A DNA stretch of 64,000 nucleotides, filler included, from Asterionella formosa (Eukaryota), in the NCBI GenBank assembly GCA_002256025.1. It is 5 parts of 5 records of this genome, joined end to end, with 100 filler letters (N's around TTAATTAATTAA, not from the genome) between each part and the next. Parts side by side here need not be neighbours in the genome. Positions count along the whole stretch, not along the records: positions 1 to 29,097 come from NKIB01001090.1; 4 more parts are not named here. One strand, written 5' to 3'. A program made the translations under genes and the position numbers. Under the pieces are notes generated by a model. That model saw nothing but the letters and a program-made list of their open reading frames with translations, made no database searches and was not told where the DNA came from. Shown here in pieces: positions 1 to 11,407 of the stretch; within the stretch, counting starts at the first letter, position 1, and every line of letters begins with the position of its first letter.

Positions 1-57
1 TGGAGCAAAAGCATCGGATAACACCAGCAAGAAGGCAACGGTTGAGAATGCATTCAT
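1..57 (-). CDS. 5' end of a plastid-targeted protein gene running off the left edge of the window
   Basis: Minus strand from ATG at 57 reads MNAFSTVAFLLVLSDAFAP: a signal peptide followed by an ASAFAP-type motif. Only 19 codons are visible. Confidence 0.65.
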   Translation of the reverse strand, partial: MNAFSTVAFLLVLSDAFAP

Positions 58-225
58 CGTGTTGGTCGCACAGACGCGGTATTTGCTTCTTTCTGATTTC
101 GGAAAATTATTGACTTCTCGTTGGTTTAGTTCACACCATCAGCCATCGTGCGAAGCGATGGGAAGATCGCAAAGATCCACCAGCATGATTGGCCCATGTT
201 TATGGTGAGAACAGATCGTCACTGT

Positions 226-320
226 CATACGGTACCTGGTGGTACCAGGTACCAGGTAGAGAGGTCGTGCACCATGCAAACGCACTACCGGTACCAGGTA
301 CCAGTGCCAGTACATGGTAC
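226..320. repeat. GGTACC/TACCWGGTA microrepeat cluster
   Basis: ggtacctggtggtaccaggtaccaggta ... taccggtaccaggtaccagt. Confidence 0.8.
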
Positions 321-1539
321 GAGTTACACACATAGTGGTATGCAGAGCCTCCTGCCGCAGAATCAACCAATATTGCCCCTGAAATGAAATCTATTGATCG
401 ATACTTTGCTTCTCATTCAATCTTCGATTGACACATTCTTTTACAGAAATATGCATCAGTTACTTCCTCAATTTTTGGTAAGTGAAGCAAGATATAAGCG
501 AAATGAATGTTGTTGTGTAAGCAAAACATGAACAGCTAACAATGAATTGCTTCTCTTTGTTAGTATGGCTAATTGGAATATCGAAACGAATTCAATAGTA
601 ATAGGAAAATGCGTATACAAACTCAGATCTGTCAGGAGTAAATGGAACAAAGCAATCAGGGTAACAACGGCAAGGCAACCAGTACAACAACCTTCAGAAT
701 TGGATTGGGGGGAAGGTGGCTGGAAGTGAAAGCTGAAGCACCAATCATTGCGATGAGAGCATGATTGTGGAACATTCTGTAGCCACTTAAGATATAGAAA
801 CATAAAACCATTCTTTAATATAGTTCTAGATTTCGATCAATTTCATCCTACTATTTTATACAGTGATATCGATGAGAATTACGATCATGCTAAGATAGAT
901 GTATGACAAAAGTATAGACATCATATGACCATGTTTAACTAATGATATGAGGATGCAATGGTATTATAACTATGATAGTATCATCATACTTGAAGCTTGG
1001 TAAAAGTTTACTGCATGATCATAATTATATGATATATTGATCATTTTTTGATTGAAAAGCTTTCATACATGTAAAAATCCTGTGCCATTTAGCGTACGAT
1101 ACCCTTGATCCTATATTCATGATAGTTTTTATTTACAGACGTTGAGCTCCCTCCGCAGAACTGTCATTCCTTCAAGTCGATGACCTTTTCCAATTTTCAG
1201 ATGATTATTTCGGACCCACAGTCAGGTTTGAATATACTTGGATAGGCATGAAATGACGGCACCTTTGCCCATGGTCAATTTTTGTTTTCGCACCATCCTG
1301 CACAAACCTTTTGAGATTTTTTCGGCTGGTAGGCTTCTCATGTATCTGAATTTTTTCAAACCTATAAGCTTATTGCCATACCTCAAGAAACCTACAGTTC
1401 TGTAGATTTAGAATAACTTTTCAGAAATGAAATATTCGTTGAATTGAACTAAGTGCAAGGGATTGAAAATTCAGACTGAATCCAGTCTATTAGACTGAAA
1501 TCAGCCTAGCCGGAAAGAATCCGTTTTAGATTCTTGAGA

Positions 1540-1910
1540 CTACCTGGTAGGTGACCAGGTACGGTATTCCAGGTACTCACCAGTTATCTGACAACTGGCA
1601 CGACCTTGTACCGGTACCTGGTACCAGGTACTCCTGCTACCTATAACTGGTACCAGGTACGACTCCTACATACCGGTGCTATGATACCGTTCATGTTTTA
1701 CAGGGATGTCCTACGCACATACCGAAAATACTGCATCTATCCTACTACCAGCACCAGTTACCACCCTGGTACCACGACATCCATCCCATATCTGGACGTA
1801 CATCACCCCCAAGAATACAAAAAGTACATAATATCATTACGGTGAATAAAACGTCAGATGTATGCTAGATCCATGCCCTCCGGTAGGAACGTAGTACCAG
1901 GTACGTACCA
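1540..1910. repeat. GGTACC/TACCWGGTA microrepeat cluster
   Basis: Many units, e.g. gtaccggtacctggtaccaggtac at ~1608-1631, upstream of the S49 gene. Confidence 0.8.
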
Positions 1911-1957
1911 GACAACATCTTCAATAATATTTAATTATATGATAATAAATATAGAAA

Positions 1958-3787
1958 ATGAGGGCATCAAAATGGAGCTACCTGTTGTTTCTCGTTGTGG
2001 TGCTCTTCTCGATTTCAAGTCATCCGTCGCAAGCTACTGATCTCAAGGAAGAGACCGAGGATGACAAAGATGTTGGCATAGTTGAGCTCAATCCTAATTA
2101 CAGGAAAGTGGAACCTGGAGATGAAAGCGACGACGAAAGCGAAGGCGAAGTGGAACAAGTGGACGAGGACTCCCCCAAATCCGTCCTTGCCAAAGCGTTA
2201 CGTTCATCCCGGAGCGCTCCAAAGCGAGTATTGCAAGCCTTTAAAAAGCACAAAGTGAAATTCACGATAGCGTTGGTCGTTTTCGCTTTTCGACGAGAGT
2301 TGTATCAAGGTATCATGCACTTGATAGGCACACCAAAGATAGATCCCACAACTGGCAAGGAAATTGGGCGTCAGTTATCCTTGTCGCCCACCGCCATGCT
2401 AAAGATTGCTTTGTTTCTGCATTTTATGATACAACTACGACGTGGTAACCCTGCTGGCGCGTTTTCCGCCGTTATTCTGGCTGGACCGAATGGTTTATTG
2501 CTCAGTCGCCTTCTCACTAGATTCTTGCAACCAGATCAAATTAATGCCTATATTCCACCGATTGAGCAACACTGGACATTTGAGCGCCTCAACGAATGCT
2601 ACGAAAAGGATGTTCATGCCTATAACAAGGCCATGACAACTTTTGGGAACCACCGGAGCACCATTTCCAATGTCGCCCCGCCCAAGAGCTTGCAGAAAGC
2701 ACTTGAAAGTCTGCTCAGTACGCCAGCTTCGGTTCCTGCGGTACAGGTCAATGGGACTGCTATTGTTGTCGACATGACTGGTTTGGATAGTGGAGTGACC
2801 ACACTGAGCGTTATACGAGATCAAGTTTCATATCTGATACAGATTCATAGAACGCGAACAGAAACGAATGAGATTGCGAGGAACATCCAACTTTCGCCTT
2901 CTGCGAAGGAAACCAACACATCAGTACATATCGATAACGCAACAGCAGCCGCTCAATCGAACACAACATTACCCTTCAACAGCGCAACGACATCGGCTCA
3001 AATTACCAGTGGTGGCGAACAGCCAGAAACAGAAATCATTGTCCTTTTGGAGTCCCCTGGTGGCGAAGTAGCTGCCTATGGTATGGCCGCTCAACAAATA
3101 CTCAGATTACGAAATGAACCTGGCATTACGGTGACAATATGCGTCGACAAGGTGGCTGCTAGTGGAGGTTACATGATGGCATGCTGTGCATCAGACGGTC
3201 ATTTATTTGCTACTTCGTTTGCCGCTGTTGGAAGCATAGGTGTTTTTGGATCGATCGTCAATATTCATGAAGCCTTGGAAGGATGGGGTATAAAACCGAT
3301 AGTATTAAAAGCCGGCAAGAACAAGGCACCTCTGGGACTCATTGGACCAGTCACCGCTGAGGGAAAAGCAAGCGTTCAATCTATTATTGATAAAACTCAT
3401 GTCGCATTCAAGCGACATGTTGCAACATCAAGACCAATTCTGGAGAAAAGCATCGATGAGATTGCCACCGGGGATGTATGGCTTGGATGCGATGCTCTTG
3501 AAGTTGGTCTTGTCGATCGACTAGTCAGCAGTGACGAGTACATTGGCGAACGCATGAAGGACAATGTACGAGTCTTGAAGTTAGTTAGAAATGTCCCAAA
3601 ATGGAGATTTGGATCACCGTCATCTGGCTACCTTCCTTTTGCAACTCAGATTCGCCAAGGCTTTAACTCGCTGTTAACAAAATTTCAACAGGCATTTGCA
3701 GAAGCAGCAATTGAGGGCACAGCGCTGGTCAAATCTCGCGCCGCTACAAATATTCATGCGAAGGTACATCATGGATCAGTGGTGTAA
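1958..3787 (+). CDS. S49-family (SohB/SppA-like) serine peptidase with N-terminal signal peptide
   Basis: 609-aa ORF with S49 motifs LESPGG, VDKVAASGGY (catalytic Ser), GSIGV, AGKNK (Lys) and ATGDVW...GLVD. Confidence 0.88.
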   Translation: MRASKWSYLLFLVVVLFSISSHPSQATDLKEETEDDKDVGIVELNPNYRKVEPGDESDDESEGEVEQVDEDSPKSVLAKALRSSRSAPKRVLQAFKKHKVKFTIALVVFAFRRELYQGIMHLIGTPKIDPTTGKEIGRQLSLSPTAMLKIALFLHFMIQLRRGNPAGAFSAVILAGPNGLLLSRLLTRFLQPDQINAYIPPIEQHWTFERLNECYEKDVHAYNKAMTTFGNHRSTISNVAPPKSLQKALESLLSTPASVPAVQVNGTAIVVDMTGLDSGVTTLSVIRDQVSYLIQIHRTRTETNEIARNIQLSPSAKETNTSVHIDNATAAAQSNTTLPFNSATTSAQITSGGEQPETEIIVLLESPGGEVAAYGMAAQQILRLRNEPGITVTICVDKVAASGGYMMACCASDGHLFATSFAAVGSIGVFGSIVNIHEALEGWGIKPIVLKAGKNKAPLGLIGPVTAEGKASVQSIIDKTHVAFKRHVATSRPILEKSIDEIATGDVWLGCDALEVGLVDRLVSSDEYIGERMKDNVRVLKLVRNVPKWRFGSPSSGYLPFATQIRQGFNSLLTKFQQAFAEAAIEGTALVKSRAATNIHAKVHHGSVV

Positions 3788-4706
3788 TAGGAACATTTAA
3801 AGTAATTTTTAAATCTAGTATTGCAGGACAGAATTCATCCGGTGGCTAGATTGCAGCTTACATTTTATTGACCCCATAACGAAAGTTTCCACCATCCATG
3901 CATCATCTATTGTGCTATTGTTATTATTTAGATATTAATAAAAGTGTGTCATGATTCACCAATGGAATAGATCACCACCTCGAAAAGAAATGAATTTGCA
4001 TGTGGTTAGCTTTATTATGTGAGCGAGGCTACATGTTGTTGTTCATATAACACTTTAATAATACAAGTCACAACCAAGTGCATCCATCAGGGAGATTCCC
4101 TGATAATTCATTTCTCAGAACTTTCCTTGACTCCCGACTATTTCGATGGAAAATCGAATCATTTCATCAAAGATTTGGAAAGCATTTGATTGTGTTGCTG
4201 TCGGCGCCTTGGACAACATTCATATTAGTTTCCACACTAGTTGGACTACTGGGTTGCGTTGATGGATTTATTGTTGAGTTGTATGTTCCCTCCGGCTATT
4301 GCAGTTATATTGTTTTGTAGTAACACAGATCATTTCCAAGAATTTACCCACGTCTGTCTCTAAATCAAGCTGCAGAAGTTGTGGTTTCGCTCTGGTGGCA
4401 CTATCAACATGACGTACCGTCTTGTCGCTTACCGGAGCAATGCCAAGCGACAACTGGATAATGAATAGCCGAGAATCAGCATCGGTCTCCTATCTTTCTT
4501 GATCTACTCGACAAGACCTTCAAGCTGAGAGCCGCGTCGAGAAAGTGCGAGATTCAATTCTATACGTCCTCGCTTATTCGACGTCGGAATTTTGATCATC
4601 TTCTCCAACTGACCTGTCACCGCTCGCTTGCCAATTGTTTTGGGGGCCTTCTATCCCTATACAAAATTGTCAAGGTGTCAACTATGTAATGCCGGCGAAT
4701 CCACCC

Positions 4707-7697
4707 CTATAGATAGCTCCCTAGGTGTTCGACTCTTATTTCTTCCTTGAATTTCTCCAAATCGACAGGCCCACCAAACGAAAGGGAAAACTTAACTGTT
4801 ATTCTGACATCGGGTTTCAAAGCAAATGCGTTCATGTCAAATACTCCAGTTTCGGGGGTTGTGATAACGACGTACAAAGCGAGTTGATCGCTTTCGAGAA
4901 TGATATTTATAAGTCGATCCACCATCACAACGTCAACAATTGAAATTTTTGCGGTTAGATAGGCAGCACGAATATCCTTAGGTACACTCCAAAGCACAAC
5001 GTAGTTTTCAATGATGAAGGATCCATTCAATTCGACAAACGAGAGCAGCAAAACGTCACTCAGATCCGTTATGTTCCTATCAAGTTGGAACCATTCTGTC
5101 ATTCGTAAATCAATGTTAGGAATATTTCGTACGGTCATCAATTTTCGCGTGAAAAACTCACCACTATGTGACATTCCTCCCTCAAGCAAAATTTCTTTTG
5201 ACTGGTTGCCAAGAAGATCTCCATTAATCGAACTCCAAGTTTCCAAAAATATCTCACCTTGAACAGTGTATATCCCATCATTTCTGCAAAAGCAAATGCC
5301 ATCTTTACCACAAGCTACGAAGACATCTCGAAAAAGGGACTGACGCAAAAGGTGCATGATTGGCTTCCACCTACCACCTGATGATTGTCCAATTTCATTT
5401 CGCTGGGCACCATATTCTACAAGTCCCCAACCGCCAGTTGGCCAGTTTTCGTTGAGTTGCCAGATCAAGGCACCAAATGAATTTGAAGAACGAAGTATTT
5501 CTATTTGACCTTTCATCCACAGCGCAGTCGCCACCATACAATGGAAAAGTTGGCACTTGAAGTAATGTTCACTCACTTCTTTATCATTGATTGAGCCAAA
5601 AAAAGCATCAATATGGCTGTCACAAGCGTAGTTCCTCTCGGCGAGCACATTTTCTCCTTCACAAATATTAACATTCCCATCGTACACAGTGCAATTGTTC
5701 GGCAGGTCAGCTCCATGCATGCCCCAATTATTTGGAGATATAGTAGCAGACATGGATTCAAAAGATGAAAAGGAAGAAATGCCGAATTCGCTAACAAAAC
5801 TGTTTGGAGACGAAGGGCTGATTTCAATATGGACTTCGAGACTAGGTGGTGTGTTCGTGGTATAGTTCCTTCCGTCGTCGTGGCCGTTGACACATGGAAA
5901 TGACGCGGAATAACCATGTTGATAGGGTCCATGCAACTCGAGCTTTCGTTGCTTGCTATTTCGAAGGTACGTGGAAAATTCCTTTCCGTTTGGCTTTCCA
6001 GTTATTCTCGACACGCCTGTCTTCCACCCGGAATCTGATGGGCAGCTCGGCCAAACACTTCTAGTACTGTCTTCTTCGGAAACTATCTGCATGACAAAAG
6101 TGGCATATACTTCAGTTGGCTTCCCCATTTCTACCACACACTCATTGCATCCACTCCACAGGACAATGCTTGGATGAGATATCAAGGAACGGACAATATG
6201 TCGTATTTCCATTTCAACTGACTTTATTCTCAATGCCCCATGAAACTGCTCCTCCACAAACATCATATCGTGATAAATTAAAATGCCTAACTCATCACAG
6301 GATTCGTAAAAGGCCCGTGAAAGGATCATCCCGCCACCCCAGACTCGAAGCATGTTCATGTTCGCCTTCGCAGCTGACTGGACCATTATTCGATGTGCTT
6401 CGTCTGTAAGGCGCCCCTCCAATTGATCCATGGGTACAACGTTGGCCCCTCGAGCCCAAATAAGAGCACCATTGACACGGAAGTACATCCCGTGGTGACC
6501 CGACCCTTCGATATCACTTTCTATCGTCTCATTAACAAGAGTTTTATTTGTATCATCAATGGTGACAAGATTACAGATTCGGAAGCCGATTACCTTTTTG
6601 ATCCATCCTGAGTCACTAACTGTCTTTTGATTCTGGTAAGAAACGAAAATGTGGTAGAGATGTTGAGAGCCGTATCCATTAGGCCACCAAAGATTGATAA
6701 CATCCTTGGAGGCAGTCATTGAATCCGTCAGAGTAGTTTCTGTTCCAGCTTGCATACCGTGAATATGAATAATTTTTATTTCATCACTAAAGTCACTTCT
6801 TAATAGTATCACATGATTTTTATCGTCCTGAGTATCCTTGTGGATCTTGATGTGAACGTCAACGTCCACGCGAAAGTCATAATGTGGCCCATCTAGCAAT
6901 GGACTAGTAGGATAGTCTCCAACTTCCTCACCAATGTAGGTAATCTTGGGAGCCACATGTGTGATAGATACGGATTCCACTTCGATAATGTAAATTGGTT
7001 GTACAATCCCAAACGTAAATACCCGAGACCCTCGTTCGTCGCCCGCCTTGGAGTAGGGAGCCCAATCCCAACCCCCAGAGCACGCTGTGAAACGCCCATT
7101 CGTTTCAATTGCAGGGTCGAAGGTAATGGACAATTGAATAACCATCTTTTTGCTACCCCTCTCTTTTTCCATTCTGGAGTAGGCATCAACTGTACTATGG
7201 ATTTCAAAGCTGAATACCTCAGGCAAGTCGAATTCATATCGAAGGAATTGGTTTGTCACGGTTCCAAGATGAACTCCGTTGATAGCTACCGAAGCTCCCA
7301 TTTTTACGCCCTCAAGAACTAGCTGGTATGACCTATTCTGATCAAGTTCCACAAACGTTTCATAAATCCATATTCTGGTCCTTCGTTCGAGTTGCAATTG
7401 CGACGATGAATTCCACACACTTCTTATTCCCATCCAAATGTTTCGCTGATCCAAAAAGTTCCGATCAAAATAAGGATTCTCAATTACATTATTGGCCATT
7501 AAATCAGATAGTATATCACCAGGAACTCGGGCTTTAAGATTGCCGTAGACTCCATCATCGCTGCGGATCGTCCAATTTGGACCGTTGTCCCCAGAAAGTA
7601 AAATTGTATGTTGAGTATCGGGAAAAATCGTAGCTCTCTCGTGGCATTCCGTCAATATGACGAAGAAAAAGAGTAGAATGATACTCATGAATTGCAT
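4707..7697 (-). CDS. Glycoside hydrolase family 2 beta-mannosidase-like protein, secreted; probable 66-nt in-frame intron at 5096-5161
   Basis: Motifs GGWDWAP, LWWPNGYG, RGANVVP, NMLRVWGGG, HPSIVLWSGCNE, FVSEFG and WQLNENWP; hydrophobic N-terminus. Confidence 0.9.
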   Translation of the reverse strand: MQFMSIILLFFFVILTECHERATIFPDTQHTILLSGDNGPNWTIRSDDGVYGNLKARVPGDILSDLMANNVIENPYFDRNFLDQRNIWMGIRSVWNSSSQLQLERRTRIWIYETFVELDQNRSYQLVLEGVKMGASVAINGVHLGTVTNQFLRYEFDLPEVFSFEIHSTVDAYSRMEKERGSKKMVIQLSITFDPAIETNGRFTACSGGWDWAPYSKAGDERGSRVFTFGIVQPIYIIEVESVSITHVAPKITYIGEEVGDYPTSPLLDGPHYDFRVDVDVHIKIHKDTQDDKNHVILLRSDFSDEIKIIHIHGMQAGTETTLTDSMTASKDVINLWWPNGYGSQHLYHIFVSYQNQKTVSDSGWIKKVIGFRICNLVTIDDTNKTLVNETIESDIEGSGHHGMYFRVNGALIWARGANVVPMDQLEGRLTDEAHRIMVQSAAKANMNMLRVWGGGMILSRAFYESCDELGILIYHDMMFVEEQFHGALRIKSVEMEIRHIVRSLISHPSIVLWSGCNECVVEMGKPTEVYATFVMQIVSEEDSTRSVWPSCPSDSGWKTGVSRITGKPNGKEFSTYLRNSKQRKLELHGPYQHGYSASFPCVNGHDDGRNYTTNTPPSLEVHIEISPSSPNSFVSEFGISSFSSFESMSATISPNNWGMHGADLPNNCTVYDGNVNICEGENVLAERNYACDSHIDAFFGSINDKEVSEHYFKCQLFHCMVATALWMKGQIEILRSSNSFGALIWQLNENWPTGGWGLVEYGAQRNEIGQSSGGRWKPIMHLLRQSLFRDVFVACGKDGICFCRNDGIYTVQGEIFLETWSSINGDLLGNQSKEILLEGGMSHSGEFFTRKLMTVRNIPNIDLRMTEWFQLDRNITDLSDVLLLSFVELNGSFIIENYVVLWSVPKDIRAAYLTAKISIVDVVMVDRLINIILESDQLALYVVITTPETGVFDMNAFALKPDVRITVKFSLSFGGPVDLEKFKEEIRVEHLGSYL

Positions 7698-8261
7698 TTT
7701 GAGGAGGAAACCATGAAATTGAGGTCCCGTTCAATTCGCCATGGTCAACTGACTGCTATGCTGAAATCTCAATGTTGTGGGGAAAAAGCAGAGGTTAAAA
7801 GAACACTGTTCCTCCCCGCCCGGCCTTTTCATTTGGTGTTTGGCGCCAGTCGCGCGACAAGAGAAACAAAGGCAACAAGCAACAGCAACCATGCACACCA
7901 GCCAGCAGGTGATAAGCAGAGCAAGGTCTGGAGCAGTTGCACTGAGCTGCTGCCTGACGAATTGTTCTTTATGACGTCATATTTGAACTTTAGGTTGATG
8001 TTGAAACCCGGAAACATCAAAAATACGTACTTTGGCTTCTCATCATCTCGATGGACGAAGGAACTGTGAAGGAAAACAGAAGCAGAGGCAAGAAAAGTGC
8101 CGACCGGTTCGTGCAGGATTGTGATGATTTTTGCATTGCAAACATCCTTCTCCTGTGTCTGTAGATCTTGTTCAAACGCAGCCATCAAGGTTATTATATA
8201 TTTCATCAGTCTCCTTCTAGGAAGTCTAGTTTGTTCCTTCCTTTGATCACTACCATTAATT

Positions 8262-9133
8262 ATGATGATTGCATCTGCCTCCAATTCTCTATCCGCGGCT
8301 CTTCGATCCAGGGCGCTCAAGGCATCATTGTCGTTGATTCAAGATCGCTGTTCTTCTCAGCTGTGTGCGTCAGTAGATGTAAGTATGATGCAACCTATTC
8401 GTTTACTTCTCTATTTATGGTCGATGTGGAACTCATTCTCTCCCCCATTCTTGTTCAGGTGCATGACAGAACCACGCACAGAGAGTATTTCCTTCGTCAA
8501 TTGAAAAAGGTTAGTTCTTCTTTTTTGGCTGCCACTGTGCATGTGGCGCCAACGAAATTCAGGCATCTCACGCCTTTCCCACTCTCGCAACTCCAGGACA
8601 ACTCACTCCGAAATTCCATGGCGTACTCTTTATCATTTGCCGACGACGAAATGGCTTTTGAAATTCTAAATAGCATGAAGGATGAACGCATGGAAGAACA
8701 GCTCCGAATCAGCTCAAACCAACTTCGACGAGTTAACAAGCCCAATCAACCATTGGACTGTGCTCCATTGCCACGAACCTTCCGAGAAGTCAGGAATCCA
8801 ACTTCTCGTGCAATTGTTGTTACGGAAAACAAAATGCCTTTTTCGATTGTCGAAGTCAACCAATCATGGGAAGGCTTGTGTGGGTACGGGTATAAAGAAT
8901 CGTTTGGAAAGTCTCTGGGTGCCTTCTTGCAAGGCCCCGAGACTGATGTGGCCAGTGTGACTGCAATGATGTCGCAATTGCTACGTGGGGAGGAAGCTGG
9001 AATAGTTGTTACGAACTACACCAAAGAAGGACGACGATTCCGCAATCGACTCCGTGTCGGTCCGCTGGTCGATGAGTTTGGTGAAACCACACATTTTGTT
9101 GGTGTCTTGCAAGAGATTCAGGACGGCATGTAA
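8262..9133 (+). CDS. LOV-like PAS-domain protein lacking the photoactive Cys; exons 8262-8378, 8459-8509, 8597-9133
   Basis: Introns GTAAGT..CAG (8379-8458) and GTTAGT..CAG (8510-8596) join three exons in frame. The C-terminal domain reads IVEVNQSWEGLCGY..GKSLGAFLQGPETD..NYTKEGRRFRN..HFVGVL. Confidence 0.75.
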
Positions 9134-9411
9134 ATGTTTTCAACTGCTATTCCCTGTATTTGTTTCATTACTTCACCCCGGCTATATTCGCCATGGTGCT
9201 CCTAGTAACGACACTTGTTCGCCGATCGCCAGCTAGTCTTCTCGCCTAAGTGTTAACTGATTGTAATTGTGATCCACGACTCACAGAGGTACGGTACTCC
9301 ATCATTAGTTCAGTTCCAAAAATGTTACAATTAGCACATTTATTTGTTGGTCCTATGTCATGTAACAACGTCAAGTCTTACGCCCTTCTTAACAATTATA
9401 ATTTCCTTGTA

Positions 9412-10536
9412 TCAAACATTTCTATTGAACGCCCGACTGGAAAAATCTCTCGGGCTTCGATAGGTCCCGCTGAGTTGATCAAACCACATGAACAAGTGAC
9501 CAAAGTTGTACTTGAAAAACTTGTGATGAACATGATGATCCCCGGGAGTTCCCATTCCTAAGGTTCGAAAGAGTCCATCCCAAGGAAATGCATGCTCAGA
9601 ATGAATCAAGGTCAACCAATTGGCATATAGCGATCCGAATGCCATATAAGTCCAAACGTTGCAAGTCCGTACCAAGTTGGCTGTAAGGAAGAGTGGAATC
9701 AAAATCATGCAAACAGTATCTGTGACACTCCCATTAAAAGCATCAAAAAGCCGTGGATTGGTGAATCTATGATGAGGCTTGTGTGACATTCGGTAAAACC
9801 GCGGATTGACCGAGTGTTCCAATCGATGCATGAGAAACTGAAGGCCATCTTGCACCACTAAGCATATGAGCGTTTCTTGCCATTGAATGGTCCCTTCAAA
9901 ATTGTAGTAACTGTCGGGCATCCAATTCATCAACCAAGTTGATGCCAAATATCCCACAAGCAATACAAATCCTTCTGGTTGAGATAGGTGAGTGTACACA
10001 CCTTCTACGTACTCGTATACTGGAGCACCCCTCGTCTGTATGGATCGTGGATTGGTACCTCCGGAGAGGTATCCATGCTTGTGCAAATAGAAATAAAGCA
10101 ACACAAAAACTTGTCCAACTGCAACTGCAAGGATTCCGAGAACAAGGCCAAGTGGCTTGGGTGCCACGCCGTCGTAGCTGTACCAGTCAGCGGGAAATAG
10201 CTCAGCATATGAAGTGGGGCTCCACGTAGACGAAAGGGTCAACGGAAGTGTCAATAATAGAGGCCAAATCAAGGTACCGATCCATGGAACTAATTTTTCA
10301 TTCATAGAGTACACAGATCCAACTAGCGATAAATGAGATATGCAGAGTATTAGTCATCGGTTGAGTCGATTCGTGGCAACGAAATGAATGAGTATGTCTC
10401 GATTCCTTCTTGTTCCAAAAAACGCACCATCGATTGACCTCGCGATGAATTCACTTTCACTTTCTGACGATTCTTCTATTAGTACCTTTGAAATTTCTTC
10501 CGTACTGCTCTCTGGTGGTGTAGCGACCGTCGTCAT
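9412..10536 (-). CDS. Fatty-acid hydroxylase / sterol desaturase family membrane enzyme; intron 10323-10427
   Basis: His boxes HRLEH, HKPHH and HHVHH plus TM segments. A GTGCGT..CTAG intron joins the upstream MTTVATPP exon in frame. Confidence 0.85.
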
Positions 10537-10612
10537 GGTGGAAAGTGATGATCTGGTTGGACAGTTCTTGCCAATTGGACAGTGGAACAATGCGAACCTG
10601 GGAAAGCCACCT

Positions 10613-11195
10613 CAGGTACCGGTATGATGTTCGCTAGGTAGTGTGCGTGCATCAAGCACGGTACCAGGTATACGGAGAGTTATAGTGCGCGGGACGGCAT
10701 ACTTGGAAGGTCCGGTAATCGAGATATTTAGCTTAGCCTTTGCCAAGGTAAATACCAGTAACCTGTTTTTTCGGACCTTCCTTCGTCGTACCTGGTACCA
10801 GGTACCCTACCAGGTAGTACCTGCCCTGCGTGACCTACTGTACCAGGTACCTGGTACCGAGTACTGCAAGTTAGCTGCGATCATTTTTGCGGATAATGAC
10901 AGCTACCGGTAAATCATTAATTATTAATTGAGCAAAATTACCGCAACTTGGCTGTTACCAGGTGCCATATTTCATACTACATCCTTGAAACAGGCAGGAT
11001 AGCTAGCTACCGGTATCAGAACTAATAAATAGCTACTACCGGTTTAGTTACTAACCACTACCGGTGTAGGAGTACCAGGTACCAGGTACCTGTTACTGGA
11101 ATACAGACAGCTACCGGTATATATCTTTAGCTTTATACATGCATGACGGACAAACTAAGAATACTGCACCAGGTACCTGGTAACTGGTACCGGTA
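10613..11195. repeat. GGTACC/TACCWGGTA microrepeat cluster in a divergent intergenic region
   Basis: Many units, e.g. gtacctggtaccaggtacc, taccaggtacctggtacc and taccaggtaccaggtacc. Confidence 0.8.
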
Positions 11196-11407
11196 TTGAT
11201 CATACTGGTGGATATCATGCATTCCATCATGGTGATGATATTTATCTGTATTCATCATCCACCATTTCCCATATTATTATAGTACAAATGCATCTCACGA
11301 AATAGTAGAGAAGGTAAAAGGACAATAACTTCCGCCTTGGACCATGAACATGATAGTCAATCAGCGCTGCTTACAGGCTCCACTACCAGAGCATATCCAT
11401 AATAACC

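Noticed and set aside
139..387. Short ORFs with recurring YQVPGT / YLVPG peptides (also at 1606, 10643, 17744, 47864 and 54534)
   Set aside because: These are translations of the GGTACC microrepeat, not a peptide family.
4078..4640. Small gene between the peptidase and GH2 genes
   Set aside because: Only short ORFs with no motifs, and no consistent splice model.
8168..8617. N-terminal half of the 321-aa ORF as a continuous CDS
   Set aside because: It has a non-ATG start and reads through two canonical introns; the spliced model is preferred.
10613..11195. GGTACC clusters as telomeric repeats or cloning polylinker
   Set aside because: They are not TTAGGG-like, they are degenerate and switch strand, and they are interspersed with unique sequence at many internal sites.
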